A stretch of DNA of 64,000 nt from Hypanus sabinus (lineage: Eukaryota). Every line of letters starts with the position of its first letter. The first letter of the stretch is position 1. The stretch covers positions 4,092,001 through 4,156,000 of the forward strand of contig NC_082730.1 in NCBI RefSeq assembly GCF_030144855.1, read 5' to 3'. A model generated the notes under the pieces. The model did no database searches. It worked only from the letters and a program-made list of their open reading frames with translations, and had not been told where the DNA came from. The position numbers and the translations under genes were made by a program. Below are positions 23,640-36,990 of this stretch, one piece after another.

Positions 23640-25837
23640 CCAATATTAACCAAAACTACTTTTTGGTTATAAAGTAAACCAGTAATTAATAGCAATCTAC
23701 CATATGGGTCTGAGATTGTCTCATAATGATCAAATGAGATCGATGAGTCTAAATAAAAATGGATATGCCTTTCGCTTTGGTTGAAGAATTAGAATGAAAC
23801 TGTTGCACTTTCCAAAATCTAAAAACTGCTGATTATTATCCTTCCTCACATGAGACTCCTGCGCAAAAATAATCAGAGCATTCGATCTATGAAAAACTTT
23901 AAAAATCTTCTGTTTAATTGGGTGATTCAAACCATTCGTGTTCCATGAAACAAAGTTAATAATATTATCCATTGTCCTTAAATAAATGATATAGTATGTA
24001 AAGGGTTAACCATATTGCATTGGAAACTTATGAATCAGGAAGAAGGAAAAAAGTTTAAAGAGGAACCAGAAGTTACGACAATACAGACATTTTTGTAGTT
24101 TCAAATCAGCCCAAATGAAAAATACTGAAATAAAAATAGCTCCCCCCTACTGCGACAAAGACCCGAAACCTGGCCAATAGAAAGCCAGGGAACTACCTAA
24201 GAAGCTCCTTACCTCCATCTCTCTTGATGGCAAATCTCCAGATTTTAAAAAAAACACCCATAGTCAAAACATTGCAAAAGGAATGCCAAACATAAGTTAA
24301 GAAAAAAAAACAGCCATTTGCAGACCATTTCAAAAGACAAGGTCTTAAAAAATGAAGCAGAATACAATCTTAATAATATTTCAAGAAAAAACAAATGATC
24401 ATCAAGCCAGAGTCTTAATAACTTTCTAAAGCGAACAATTAAAAATAAAAAAGGAAAATAATAAAGGAAAAAGAAAGGAACTTTAACATAGAAACATAAC
24501 AAACCTCCGTACGCCAAAGCAAGGTACTAGAAGAATCAGCACAAGGGCAAAGTTCTACAAACTTAAAATGTTCGAATCTATAGGCTGGTTATTAATTAAT
24601 AAACCAGCTACATACAAACATAAAGGAACGGTAAATTTATTAAACATCTGAGCTCAAACTATGCTCCTCGAGAAATTGTTGTGTGTCATCTATGGATTTA
24701 AATCACTTAAACAATTTATCAGGCAGAACAACCCTTAAACGAATGGGGTATAGCAGAGCCGGTCGGAAATTCCTTTGATATAATTCTGACATCACTGATT
24801 TGAAAGTCAAGCTTTCTTGCATTGCCTCAGGACAATAATCTTTAACCAGATGAAACTTATGATTTTGATGTAAAATAATTCCTTTCTGATGAGTAATTCA
24901 AATTAAGCGCTCTTTAGTACTCACATAGTGAAATCGAAGAATCACAGGGCACGGTTTTAACTCTTTCAACAGTTTTGGTCTTAAATCCCGATGGTTATGG
25001 TCGAGTACCAGAGAAGAAGTAAAGACCACGGAGCCAAAGGCCTCCATTAAGAACTGAGAAAAAATTTTAGTAAGGTCCCTGCTCTCAACGTCTTCACTGA
25101 GTCCTATTATTCACAAGTTCTGTCTGCGACTACGACTCTCCAAATCAATAACCTTGACTTTATACTGCTCCAATGTATGAGCAGCTGAGGTTAGTTTCTT
25201 TTCCAAAGAATTCAGTCTGGAATCTCTGTTTTCCAGCTTCACTAAGCTCTGAAATTTGATGTTGCTGTTTTTCGTCCTCCTTTTTGAGTACTGCCAGTTT
25301 ACCTTCATTCTCCTTTAACATTACTTTCAAAGCACAGAATCTCTTATCAAGTTTTTCATCCAAAAGATTGGAGACAGCCAGCAAAGTGAGTTGAGGCTGT
25401 TTAGGTTGTTCGAAGACACCTTCTTTCTTCCCATTTCCATTACCTTGCCTTGGGCTAATGCCTTTCTTCCTTAGTAGTCATTTACGGCGATTAACATTCA
25501 GAATTCAAACATATAAAGCCGTTAAAAACACTTTGATATAGATAATAAAATGGTAGTAAGGAAATTGAAAAATGACCGGAGCAGAGCCAAAATGTGACCT
25601 AGTCCATCTAGCGCCACCAATAGAATCCAGAATGAGTCATAAGTCTGAGGATTGAGATTGATTACGAACACAGCAAAGGGTAACAGAAATATTGTTGAAG
25701 AAAGCAAAAATGGAAAATTGAAGGATATTAAGAACAGACTGTGAGAGCCAAAATCAGGAAATGAAACAAACATAGCAGCAGGTACAACTGTAGTTTCCTT
25801 ACAGACAGAGGTTGGTCTTTGCATTGGGGAATAAGGA

Positions 25838-28800
25838 CCAACGACATAGGCAGGAAGAGGGATGAGGTCCTGAAGTGTGAGTTTCGGGAACTAGGCAGAA
25901 GGCTGAAGAACAGGACCTCAAGGGTGGTGTTCTCAGGATAGCTGCCAGTGCTGCGTGATAGTGATGGTAAGAATTGGAGAAGATGGCAGTTGAATGCGTG
26001 GCTGAGGAGTTGGTGCAGAGGGCAGGGTTTTACCTTTTTGGATCATTGGGATCTCTTCTGGGGAAGGTGGGACCTGCAGAGATTGGATGGGTTGCACGTG
26101 AACTCAAGGGGGAGCAATATCCTTGCAGGTAGGTTTGCTTGCATGGTTCAGGAGGGTTTAAACTAATTTGCAAGGGGGCTAGGACCCGCAGCGATTGAGC
26201 AGTGAAAGAAGTGCATGGAGCAGCACCAGATCTAGCATATAGAGAGGATTTGAGGACAGAGAAACAGAAGAAAGGGTGTAAAGGTAGTAAGGTAGAAGGG
26301 CTAAAGTGTGTACTTCAATGCCAGAAACATCAGGAACAAAGGTGATGAACTGAGAGCTTGGGTACATACAATAGTGGTCATTACGGAGACTTGGCTGGCA
26401 CCAGGGCAGGAATGGATTCTCAAAATTCCTGGATCTCAGTGCTTTAAAAGGGACAGAGAGGGGGGGAAAGGGGAGAAGGGGTGGCATTACTGGTCAGGGT
26501 TACTATTACAGCTGCAGAAAGGGTGGGTAATGTAGCAGGATCTTCTTTTGATTCAGTATGGGTGTAAGTCAGAACAGGAAGGGAGCAGTTTGTCACAGTA
26601 TGTTGACAAGTCGACTAGGGGGAATTCCATACTAGATCTAGTATTTGGTATCGAACCGGGTCAGGTCACTGATGTCTCAGTGGGTGAGCATCTGGGGGAG
26701 AGTGATCACCGCTCGCTGGCCTTTAGTACTATCATGGAAAAGGATAGAATCAGAGAAGACAGGAAAATTTTTAAGTGGGAAAGGGCAAATTATGAGGATA
26801 TAAGGCTAGAAGTTGTGGGTGTGAATGAGATGATGTTTTTGCAGGGAAATTTACTATGGACATGGTCGATGCTTAAGGATCTCTTGCAGGATATTAGGGA
26901 AAAATTTGTCCCGATGAGGAAGATAAAGATTGGTAGGGTGAAGGAACCATGGGTGACAAGTGAAGTGGAATATCTAGTTCGGTGGAAGAAGGCAGCATAC
27001 ATGGGGTTTAGGAAGCAAGGATCAGATGGGTCTATTGAGGAATATAGGGTAGCAAGAAAGGAGCTTAAGAAGGGGCTGAGAAGAGCAAGAAGGGGGCATG
27101 AGAAGTCCTTAGCGAGTAGGGTAAAGGAAAACCCCAAGGCATTCTTCAATTATGTGAAGAAGAAAAGGATGACAGGAGTGAAGGTAGGGCTGATTAGAGA
27201 TAAAAGTGGGAAGATGTGCCTGGAGGCTGTGGAAGTGAGCAAGGTCATCAATGAATACTTCTCTTTGGTATTCACCACTGAGAGGGAACTTGATGACGGT
27301 GAGGACAATATGAGTGAGGTTGATATTCTGGAGCATGTTGATATTTAGGGAGAGGAGGTGTTGGAGTTGTTAAAATACATTTTGATGGATAAGTCCCCGG
27401 GGTCTGACAGAATATTCCCCAGGCTGCTCCACGAGGCAGGGGAAGAGATTGCTGAACCGCTGGCTAGGATTTTGATGTCCTGGTTGTCCACGGAAATGGT
27501 ACTAGAGGACTGGATGGAGGCGAATGTTGTCCCTTTGTTCAAAAAAGGTAGTAGGGATAGTCCAGGTAATTATAGACCAGTGAGCCTTATGTCTGTAGTG
27601 GGAAAGCTGTTGGAAAAGATTCTTAGAGATAGGATTTATGGGCATTTAGAGAATCATGGTCTAATCAGGAACAGTCAGCATGGCTTTGTGAAGGGCAGAT
27701 TGTGCCTAACAAGCCTGATAGATTTCTTTGAGGAGTTCAACAGGCATATAGATGAGGGTAGAACAGTGCATGTGATCTACATGGATTTTAGTAAGGCATT
27801 TGACAAGGTTCCACATGGTAGGCTTATTCAGAAAGTCAGAAGGCATGGGTCCAGGGAAGTTTGGCCAGGTGGATTCAGAATTGGCTTGCCTGCACAAGGC
27901 AGAGTGTTGTGGTGGAGGGAGTACTTTAGGATTGGAGGGGTGTGACTAGTGGTGTCCCACAAGGATCTGTTCTGGGACCTCTACTTTTTGTGATTGTTAT
28001 TGACGACCTGGATGTGTGGGTAGAGGGTGGGTTGGAAAGTTTGCAGATGACACAAAGGTTGGTGGTGTTGTAGATAGGGTAAAGGATTGTCGAAGATTGC
28101 AGAGACACATTGATAGGATGCAGAAGTGGGCTGACAATTGGCAGATGGAGTTCAATCCGGAGAAGTGTGAGGTGGTACACTTTGGAAGGACTAACTCCAA
28201 GGCATAGTACAAAGTAAATGGCAGGATACTTGGTAGTGTGGAGGAGCAGAGGGATCTAGTGGTACATGTCCACAGGACCCTGAAAGTTGCTTCACAGGAG
28301 ATAGAGTAGTTAAGATAGCTTATGGGGTGTTAGCTTTCATAAGTCAAGGAATAGAGATTAAGAGACGCGAAGTAATGTTGCAACTCTATAAAACTCTAGT
28401 TAGGCCACACTTGGAGTACTGTGTCCAGTTCTGGTCGCCTCACTATAGGAAGGATGTGGAAGCATTGGAAAGGGTATAGAGGAGATTTACCAGGATGCTG
28501 CCTGGTTTAGAGAGTATGGATTATGATCAAAGATTAAGGGAACTAGGGCTTTACTCTTTGGAGAGAAGGAAGATGAGAGGAGACATGATAGAGGTGTACA
28601 AGATATTAAGAGGAATAGACAGGGTGGACATCCAGCGCCTCTTCCCCAGGGCAGTGCTGCTAAGTACAAGAGGACATGGCTTTAAGATAAGGGGAGGGAA
28701 GTTCAAGCAGGATATTAGAGGAAGGTTTTTCACTCAGAGAGTGGTTGGTGCATGGAATGCACTGCCTGTGTCAGTGATGGAGGCAGATACAATAGTGAAG

Positions 28801-28924
28801 TTTAAGAGACTACTAGACAGGTATATGGAGGAATTGAAGTTCTTGGGTTATATGAGAGGCAGGGTTTGAGGGTTGGCACAACATTGTGGGCTGAAGGGCC
28901 TGCAATGTTCTGTACTATTCTATG
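25838..28924 (+). mobile_element. 5'-truncated CR1 LINE (ORF1 end + frameshifted ORF2), absent from the paralog
   Basis: ORFs 26308-28869 carry EN and RT motifs ([42 protein letters not shown]). The empty site is contiguous at about 55650. Confidence 0.95.
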
Positions 28925-28929
28925 AGCTG

Positions 28930-29350
28930 TAGAGGAAATAAACCGTGTCTTCTTGTGTGTCTTTGTGGAGGACACAAAAACCTGCCAGAAATACAGGATA
29001 GACAAGTGTTGAATACAAGTGTAGAAATAAAATCAGTCAGCATCAATGATGAAATAACATCATAAAAATGGATAACTGACACAGGCCTGTTGATCTCCAT
29101 CCCGGAGTTTGTGCCAAGATGTCAGTAGTGTTACTCAACTTTCCGGTTATCATCTGCCAAACTCTACAGTTTCAGGAATGGTTCCTTCAGCCTGTTTCAA
29201 AAAGGAGGGAGAGAGAGAAAACTGGGAACCACTCACCTCCCCAGCTGACACTGGGAGTGGGGGCAATGTTGGAATCTGTAATAATGGGTGTGAAATCATG
29301 CTGAAGAGGAATTATCACAAAAATTCAACAGACTGGTTTCTGATGTTGTG
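28930..29350 (+). mobile_element. Old CR1 RT fragment (shared with 55655-56090)
   Basis: Degenerate match to the CR1 region FQNS..SGMVP...FKKGGREKTGNYRP; present in both duplicates. Confidence 0.6.
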
Positions 29351-30049
29351 GGTCTGACATGTCACTAGCGTAGGAAATAGACTAGGCCTCTATTCAAATA
29401 GTTCAAAATAAGTTTTATTATCAAAGTGCATATCTGTCACCACATACAACCCTAAGATATTTTCTCTTCAGGTATACTTAGCAGATCTATAGAACAGTAA
29501 CTGTAAACAGGATCAATGGACAACAAACTGTGCAAATGGAAATATGAATGAATAGCAATAAACAACCTGTTCTTGGACCTGGTGGTGCAAGTCCTGAGTC
29601 ACTTGTACCTTCTACCTGATGATAGCAGTGAGAAAGAACTTGGCCTGGGTGGTGAGGATCTTTGATTATGTCGATGATTAATGTAGATGCTTTCAGTGGC
29701 TGGGGGGGATTTTATCCCCGATGTACTGGACTGAATTTGCTAAATTTTGTAGGACTTTCACTCAAATACATGGTTCCCATACCAGGCCATAATGAAACCA
29801 GCCAGCATACTGTGGGAAAACATTGGGATTCTCCCATGGGGAATTCTTCTTTCATTGATTGTTTTCTAGATATTAAAAAGATCAAGGAAACGGGGAGAAA
29901 AAGTTTTAGCCAGGATCAGTTGAATACGTTGTGTGGTTCAAAGGTAGCACGTCCGCTTCCTGATCCTGCTCGTCATGTTGACACGAGCTCGGCAAAGTGT
30001 TCGTGAACCCGGATCACACAATGGAACAACAGAGCAGCGAGTGTGAGTG

Positions 30050-30091
30050 TTTGCATGTGTGTGTGAGTGCACGCATGTGAGTAAGCATTGT

Positions 30092-30133
<42 letters not shown>
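30050..30133. repeat. (TG)n/(GA)n microsatellite (expanded paralog 56765-57020)
   Basis: Direct reading. Confidence 0.9.
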
Positions 30134-30135
<2 letters not shown>

Positions 30136-31091
30136 ACGTATCACACAATGGGAAACTTGAGTAAGTTGTATGTGTCACAACTATGAGTTGCTTTTAAAAA
30201 AGAGAGGGATTTTTTCAGTTCTATGTGCATTGTATTTTCCCAGTGTCACCTCATGGGCATGTAATGCTCCTTCGATTGTGAACTTTTCATGTCTAATTGC
30301 TTGTCTTTGCACAAAGTGGGTTTTCAGTTTGTGTTGTAAGTGTCTCATTTGGGATCACAAGGATTGTAAAACTCTCTTTGTATTGATCACTTTTATTCAA
30401 TTTGGTTTGACGTGCTTTCTCGATCACTATGTGAGTTGAACAGAGCAGGAGACTGTGCTGTTGATAAGGATGCCTGCTTCAAATCTGTCAACCATCTCTA
30501 CAGTAGCTGTTTCGATCAGGACAGGGTTGTGTACACACTCACACTTCCTTGGGTCAACAACTAGATCTTCTGTCTTGATTATGTTGAGGTCTGTGTTGTT
30601 CTGACACCATGACAAAAGCATCATGATCACTTTCCTGCAGAGTGAACTCACACATATGACCTTCAGTAGTTTGTTTAGATTTAGACAAGTTCAGTTTGTA
30701 CTCCTCCTGGTTATTGAGACCCCTCTCTGCTTCCTTGTTACTCCTCTTCAACCTTCCAGAGTTCCCTGCATTGGGGTCCTCCTCCCAACCCAGTTTTATC
30801 AAATTTAAAGCTCAGTCTACCTCCCTTGTGATTGGATTCAGTCTGATCACAGTCTGTCCTAGTGGAACTGTACTCACCTTCTCCAGTACTAATGCCAATC
30901 CCACAGGGACTAAAAGCCACAGCAGGGTCTGAGTAAGTCCTCGCTGATCCCATCAACTGTGTCATGATGTGGTTATGGGTTGGGTAATAATACAAAGATT
31001 AAGACGCTTGTGGTCATGTATGTGAATGTAACCCGGTTGCTCAGTGTCTGGGGAGATTTTACACATTGCAGCCATTTATTGATAACATCCT

Positions 31092-31572
31092 GTACCTAAC
31101 AAAGTGGCCGCTAAAGGTATGTTCCTGGTCTTCTGCTGATGTCATGCATCATGATCTGCTCCATCAGCACTGTTGTAACGTGTGGTAATTTGAGTTACTG
31201 TCACATTCCTGACAGCTTGAACCAGTCTGGCTATTCCCCTCTAGCCTCTCTTATAAACAAGGCACTTTTGCCCAAAGAAATGCAGCTCAATTTGTTTTTT
31301 AGTTTTAATCACCACTATCTGTAATATCTGGAGATAGATGTGTTGAAAATCCCAGGAGATCAGTCGTTTCTGAGATACTCAAACCATCCCATCCGGCATC
31401 AACAATCATTCCAGAGTCAAAGACACTTAGGTCACATTTCTGATGTTTGGTCTGAACCTCATGACAATGTCTGCATGCTTTATGCATTGAGTTGTTGCCA
31501 CTGTTGGCTGATTTGGTATTTGCATTAACGAGCAGATGTCCAGTTGTATCTAATAAAGTGAACATTGAGTGT
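31092..31572 (-). mobile_element. Non-autonomous Tc1-like element
   Basis: TIR-like 'gtacctaacaaagtggcc' and 'tatctaataaagtgaacattgagtgt'. The minus-strand remnant KCDLSVFDSGMIVDAGWDGLSISETTDLLGFS resembles a Tc1 transposase N-terminus. Paralog start at about 62172. Confidence 0.75.
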
Positions 31573-32876
31573 GTTCCAGCCACAGCCTTGCAGTGGATTC
31601 AGTGACCAGCATCTCAGTGTGGAGAAGCCATCGAAAGTGAGACAGAGAGAGATACTGTAGGGAAATCGTACCTTCAACCCATTGAGTCTCCATTAACCAA
31701 ACCACCTGTTTACACTCATCCTACATTAATGGTGTCTGGTCCAGATGGCATTCCTGGCCAAGTACTAAAGATCCGTGTGGTCCAACTAGCAGGAGTATTT
31801 AGTACTTGCTTCACTGTACAGCCGCACATGGCCGGGAAATGGGTTGGAACCAGAGAAGTTGTCCCAAACAAACTCTGATACATTTGTTAAAATCTCTTCA
31901 TCTCCATCATATGAGACCAGAGATAGAAGCAGTCAGCAGTTCAGGTCACATTGTGGAATGAGAAAAGAGCCAACATTTCAACGGATTCTGCCCGACCTGC
32001 TGAGTTCATCCAGGATATTAACCAGAATGTATAGATGTGAACAGGAAGCCTGTTCCGATAGGTCAGGTTGGACACCATCTCCACCACCACATCCAGCTAG
32101 ATTCTCTTACACCCTTCTTAAGCCAGTCACCCCTAGTGGGGCACAGGCTGTTGACAGCAGCTCACTAGAGACCTCTATCCATCTAAACAGGGAATTCTGA
32201 CTGTCCAGGACACCAGAAACCTGCCCAGAAACTGTAGCATTGGACTGTACACCATCTTTGCTCCAAGGTCTTATGAGAAGTGGCAGAGTCCTCAGAGACG
32301 GACCCTAACTGTGACTTCACACTCACCACCGGACACTGGAGATCCAGGCAACAGGTGAGGGTCGGACAGTGCAGTGTGTACAGGAGCAGCCGGTGCAAGG
32401 AACCCCCTGGGGATGGGAGGTGCTGCCGGTGGGACATTTCCCAGAGACGGCTGAATTTGTGCTGAACCAGCTCTGTAGGAGAGCTTGGGGACCCAGATCC
32501 AGTGACAATTCAGTCTGAGTGGTGGTCACCTTGAGTCCGATCAGTCGACCTCCTGACCCCTGCACACCCACAGTGAGGGTATCCCTGTGACAGATCTCAA
32601 ACCTCCATGAATATGTCTGTGACCACAACCCCCACCCGACCATTGATACCTGGCTGCAGGCTGAAACTTCATTTCTCCGGATTGGGTACACAGAGTCTTG
32701 AGTCCTGATGAAGGGTCTCAGCATGAAACAACAGGAACTTTGTCTTGCTTGTCTCACAGGGCTGGGAGCAACATGATGGGCCGAATGTCTTTCTCTGGTG
32801 TCTTTGATTTTCCCAGGTGTGATTCCTCTTCCTATCACTGACCTCACCTATGGACTGTCTTGTCTTGTCTCCTCAG

Positions 32877-33197
32877 CTGGGACTGCGGTTCCCCCAACCA
32901 CTGTGACCGGAACTCAGGGACACTCGGTCTCCTTACATCCTGGGATCCCAGTCGGACCGGACATTCCTGAGGTTCATTGGATTCGGGTATCGCCCAGAAA
33001 CAAGATTGTGAAGTACTCGAATGGGAAAATCACGTACTTCAGTTTCGATCAGTACAAGAACAGGATCACATTCCATCCCGGGAACCTCAGTCTGGAAATC
33101 CATGATCTACGGAGAAATGACTCTGGTGATTATGAGGTGATTTTTACAAGACATTCAGGACATGAAAATAAAACAAGAGTGCGACTGGAGGTGTACG
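32877..33197 (+). CDS. Copy B exon: IgV-set N-domain without cysteines (CD2/SLAM/CEACAM type)
   Basis: Acceptor 'tgtctcctcag|ct', donor 'tacg|gtgagt'; 321 nt, phase 1-1. ...SVSLHPG...EVHW...RITFHPGNLSLEIHDLRRNDSGDYEV...RLEVY. Confidence 0.93.
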
Positions 33198-34379
33198 GTG
33201 AGTGAGACCGGTCCCTGAAACACCGCTTATGGATGGGTGAGGGCAGATCCTGTGTGTTTCTCTGTTTACTGAACCCCACTGACTACCCGTGTCTGGGGCT
33301 GGGCTCACGGTTCCAGTGTAGTGAATCTGGAGGATACACCCGCCACATCCACTGAGGCGGAGTCAGGAGCCGGGAGGGATCGAACCAACAATGGGGAATC
33401 TCATGTGTCTGAGACTGAGGGAGCTCAGCACACAGGGAGAATGGACCTGGTGTGAATGGGCTGGACAGTCTGTATCTGTGGGTCTCAGTTACACACTCTA
33501 CCCCAGGTCAAAGGCCTGGTCTGTCATGTTCAGGGATCCCAGTTATCCCATCTGTTTCCCAGGACACTGCTTGATAATTCCCACAGACTGAGGTCTGAGC
33601 TCAGCAAGGTGTTTATTCCTCAGCCTTCATGCTGTGCTGTGCTGAGTGAGACCTTGTGTATTCATTATACTGAATATAGTGTCCCAGTGAGTGACACAGT
33701 ACACGGACACACAGCAATATGGTTCCTGACTCACTCTGACAGTAATATCACATTCACAATAATCTCACTCAGCAGCGTCTGACTGAGAAACCTTCTCTCC
33801 ACTGTTTGAGCGCATTGTGTAGTTAAGGAATATCACAAATATTAACCTCAGCAACAACCCATCTTCAGACATGAAGGTGGATTGCAGATTGAATGTAAAA
33901 TGCTTCTCTGAGCAGTAGTTTTCTTGCAGCTGTAGGCTGGAGTTCATTGCAAACCAGACAATTCCATTTAACATCCATTTTGTGTGTCTGGAGTGTGGGT
34001 GTGAAGAAGGGGGTGTGTAAAAACTATATGCAAGTCAAAGGAAGCATTGTAGATACATTAAATCTATACAATTATCCTGCATTTACCACTGACCTTTAGC
34101 ATATAAAAATATCATATAATATTGTGTCGGGAGGCCGTTTCCTCCAAGATTGTCTGAATATGATGCCTGCTGCTTATTCTTGTTGAATAAGACATTTCTA
34201 TATCCACCAGCTTTGGTGTCTCTCCAGTGAGTTCATGTTACAATATCCTCCATCCCAGTGTTAATGTTCACCATTAGAGGGAGGAGAACATCAGAACATG
34301 GGAAATAGAACACAGAAGATCGAAAGTCATGAACATGGGTTGAAGACAGAGACCTCCTCTGGGATCAAGTCGGGGGAAA

Positions 34380-34745
34380 GTAATTGAGGTTTACAAAATT
34401 ATGAGGGGGATAGACAGTGTAAATGCAAGCAGGCTTTTTCCACTGAGATTGGGCCAGAGCAGAGTTAGAGGTCATGGTTTAAGGGTGAAAGGTAAAATAT
34501 TTAAGAGGAACATGAGGAGGAACCTTCACAATGGGTGCTGAGCACACTGTATAGACTGCCAGCAGTCATGATGTATGTGAGTTTGGTTTGAAAATTTGAA
34601 AGAAATTTGAATAGGTACAGGTATGGAATGGTTCTGGTGGGCTATGGTTTTGGTGCAGGTTGAGTGACAAGGCAGATTAAGAAATCGACATAGACTAGAT
34701 GGGCTGAAGGGCCTGTTTCTGTTCTGTAGTTTTCTGGGACTCTAT
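34380..34745 (+). mobile_element. CR1 3' fragment within the segment deleted from copy A
   Basis: IEVYKIMRGIDSVN...LFP-like remnant followed by a CR1 3' UTR ending 'ctatgactct'. Confidence 0.7.
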
Positions 34746-36990
34746 GACTCTCTGAATCAGATAGTAGTCAATGAAACCTTTCAGCCAATTAACCTGTTCT
34801 ATACATCAGCTCTATGAAAGGATGGAGAACTGCAAGTTCTACATCAGATCCAGCTGGAGACGGGCCCTTGTCTATACACTGGTCTCCACTGGAATAGTGT
34901 CAGAAGTCAGAATCAGTGTATCAGAGTGGGAGCAGGATGGAGAATCAAAGTGACAGCCTCTAGAAATTCTGAGTCACAATGGTGCCTGAATTGAAACGTC
35001 CCTCAAGGTGGTCGGTGACACTGAGTCTGGTTTCTCAGTGGAGAGAAGGTCACCGTGTGAACACTGAGTGAGTTCACTGAATTGGGAGTATACGTCAATC
35101 TCTGTTTCATTCCTTTGGTGCCCTGCATGGAGGGAAGGGAAATGGTTTTGTGACACTTCCTCCTGTGGATGTCCAGAACGTGGTGTGGGACATGGAGTGA
35201 TGGGAGTTGTGGATGTGGCAGTAGAGCAGAGCAAGGTGTTACTCAGGGAGAAACTGGTCAAAATATGTAAGAAAGAGGGAAGGGAGTGGAATGTAAGTCT
35301 GAGGATAGTGTAAACTAAATGGGTAAAGTTACTCGAAGGTATTCTAAATGACCAAGCATAAAAGTATTTGGATTGGGAGATAGTTGAAATGTCTCTCTGT
35401 GTGGTAGGTTGTGTCTAGATTTTTGAGGAGGATATCGGAAATTTGATGAAGGAAAAGCAGTTAAATTTGTCTACATGGACTTTAACAATGTCCTGCATGG
35501 GATGTTGGTGAAAAATGTTTATTGCCTTGGCATTCAGGTTGAGGTTGCAAATTGGATTCGACATCGGCTTTGCAGGTGATCTACGAGATGGTTGTCTCTC
35601 TGATTGGAGGACCGTGATTAGTGATGTGCCTCAAGGATTGGTGTTGGGTCCTTATTTGTTATCTCTATCAGCAATCTGGATGACAATGTGGTTAACTGGA
35701 TCATCAGGTTTGTGGATGACACTGATTGGGGGTGTATAGGACAGTGAGGAAGACTATCAAAGCCTGTAGAGCAGGAATAATGAGCTGAAAATTAGCAGCT
35801 TGAATTTAATGCAGATGAGTATGAAACTTTGACCCTTGGGAAGTAAACCAGGCTGGAACTTAAATAACGACCAGTCAGGTACTGAAGTGTGTAGTAGAAT
35901 TGAGGGAACTGGGAATACAGAACCATAATTTCTTCAAAGTGGTGTCACAGGTAGATAGGGTCATAAAAAAAGCTTTTGGCACATTGGCCTTCATCAAATC
36001 AAGGGATTGAGTACAGGAGTTGCAATGTGATGTTGAAATTTTATAAGACCTTGGAGAGGACTAATTTGGAGTATTTGTGCAATTCTGGTCACCTATGTAC
36101 ATGAAAGGTATCAATTAGATTGAAAGAGTGCAGAGTATCAGGACTTGAGGACCTGAGTTATAGGGGAAGTTGGGGGAATTTCTTCACCCAGAGGGTGGAA
36201 CAAGGTGCAGGTGGAAGTGTTGGGACCAGGTTCGATTTCAATGTCTAAATGAGATTTGAATAAATATTGGGAGGGATGTGGAAGGCGATGTCCAGATGTA
36301 GGTCAGAGGGGCTAGTTATGGACTAGATGGACTGAAGGGCTTTTTTAGCCACTGCAATGCTCTATGATTCAATGCAGTCTCATTGAAAGGACCAGGAAGC
36401 ATAGATGTTGATCCACTGAAGTTGGAGACCAGTGGGGTTGAAGGAAATGGCCAGAGGAAACTTATCCTTGCTTTCGGTGGGAGAGGGTGTGAGAACAGAG
36501 ACGTAAGAAATGGAACAGGTTCTCAGGGTCTCACACCTTCATCATAATCTGGGCAGGCAGAGTGGAGATTGAGAGATTGCAGAATAGAATGGGCTGTGTC
36601 TTGTGTTGGACCAGATTCAAGGCAGCTCTGGGCTGGGGCTCACTCAGGTTTTAGGCTTTGAAGGGATGCAGAGACCACACAGAGGAGGAACAAAAGACAT
36701 GGAAATGGAGAGAATTTCTGGAATAGAGCGCTATAAACTGGACATGATGGAGAGTTTGTAGATGAGTGTGAGTTGTGTTTGGGAAAGAGGGTGCAGCATG
36801 TGGGAACTTCCTTCAGCAGCAAGTGACTGAACAGCAGGGTGAGGGAAGGTTTAAATCGTTTGGGTAAAAATGAGGTGGGATTGGTTTGAAGTTTACTCTG
36901 GACTGTTGGGGATGGGACGAGGGCGTTGAGGATCGAGCTGTCCACGATGATCTCCTTTACTCATCTTCTATCTCTCCCTCACGCCCTCAG

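Larger units (their letters stand above)
16620..25618 (-). mobile_element. Near-full-length L1-clade LINE (about 5.7 kb net of nested inserts), decayed
   Basis: ORF1 (DLESRSRRQNL...VLDHNHR...PVILRFH), then EN (INFVSWNTNGLNHPIK), then RT (DRTGFIK...SLNAEKTFDRLEWEYL) to an A-rich 3' end at about 16620. Interrupted by Tigger-like and Rex1 inserts. Confidence 0.9.
23283..31140 (+). repeat. Second segmental duplication (paralogous to 52078-62230)
   Basis: The L1 fragment, its unique 5' flank (25640-25837 vs 55453-55650), an old CR1, microsatellites, 30470-31090 and the Tc1 end are all colinear. Confidence 0.9.

Noticed and set aside
20835-28869. Long RT ORFs as active retrotransposons
   Set aside because: All are frameshifted, truncated or internally deleted; no intact ORF2 is present.
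32273-32354. ATG plus CAG|GTGAGG donor as the leader exon of B
   Set aside because: The phase-1 frame contains TAA and TGA and is not hydrophobic. At most it is a non-coding or cryptic exon.
32798-32876. ORF-track N-terminus MSLIFPG... as the signal peptide of copy B
   Set aside because: It starts at GTG and runs through a polypyrimidine tract ending in a canonical acceptor at 32876, so it is intronic.
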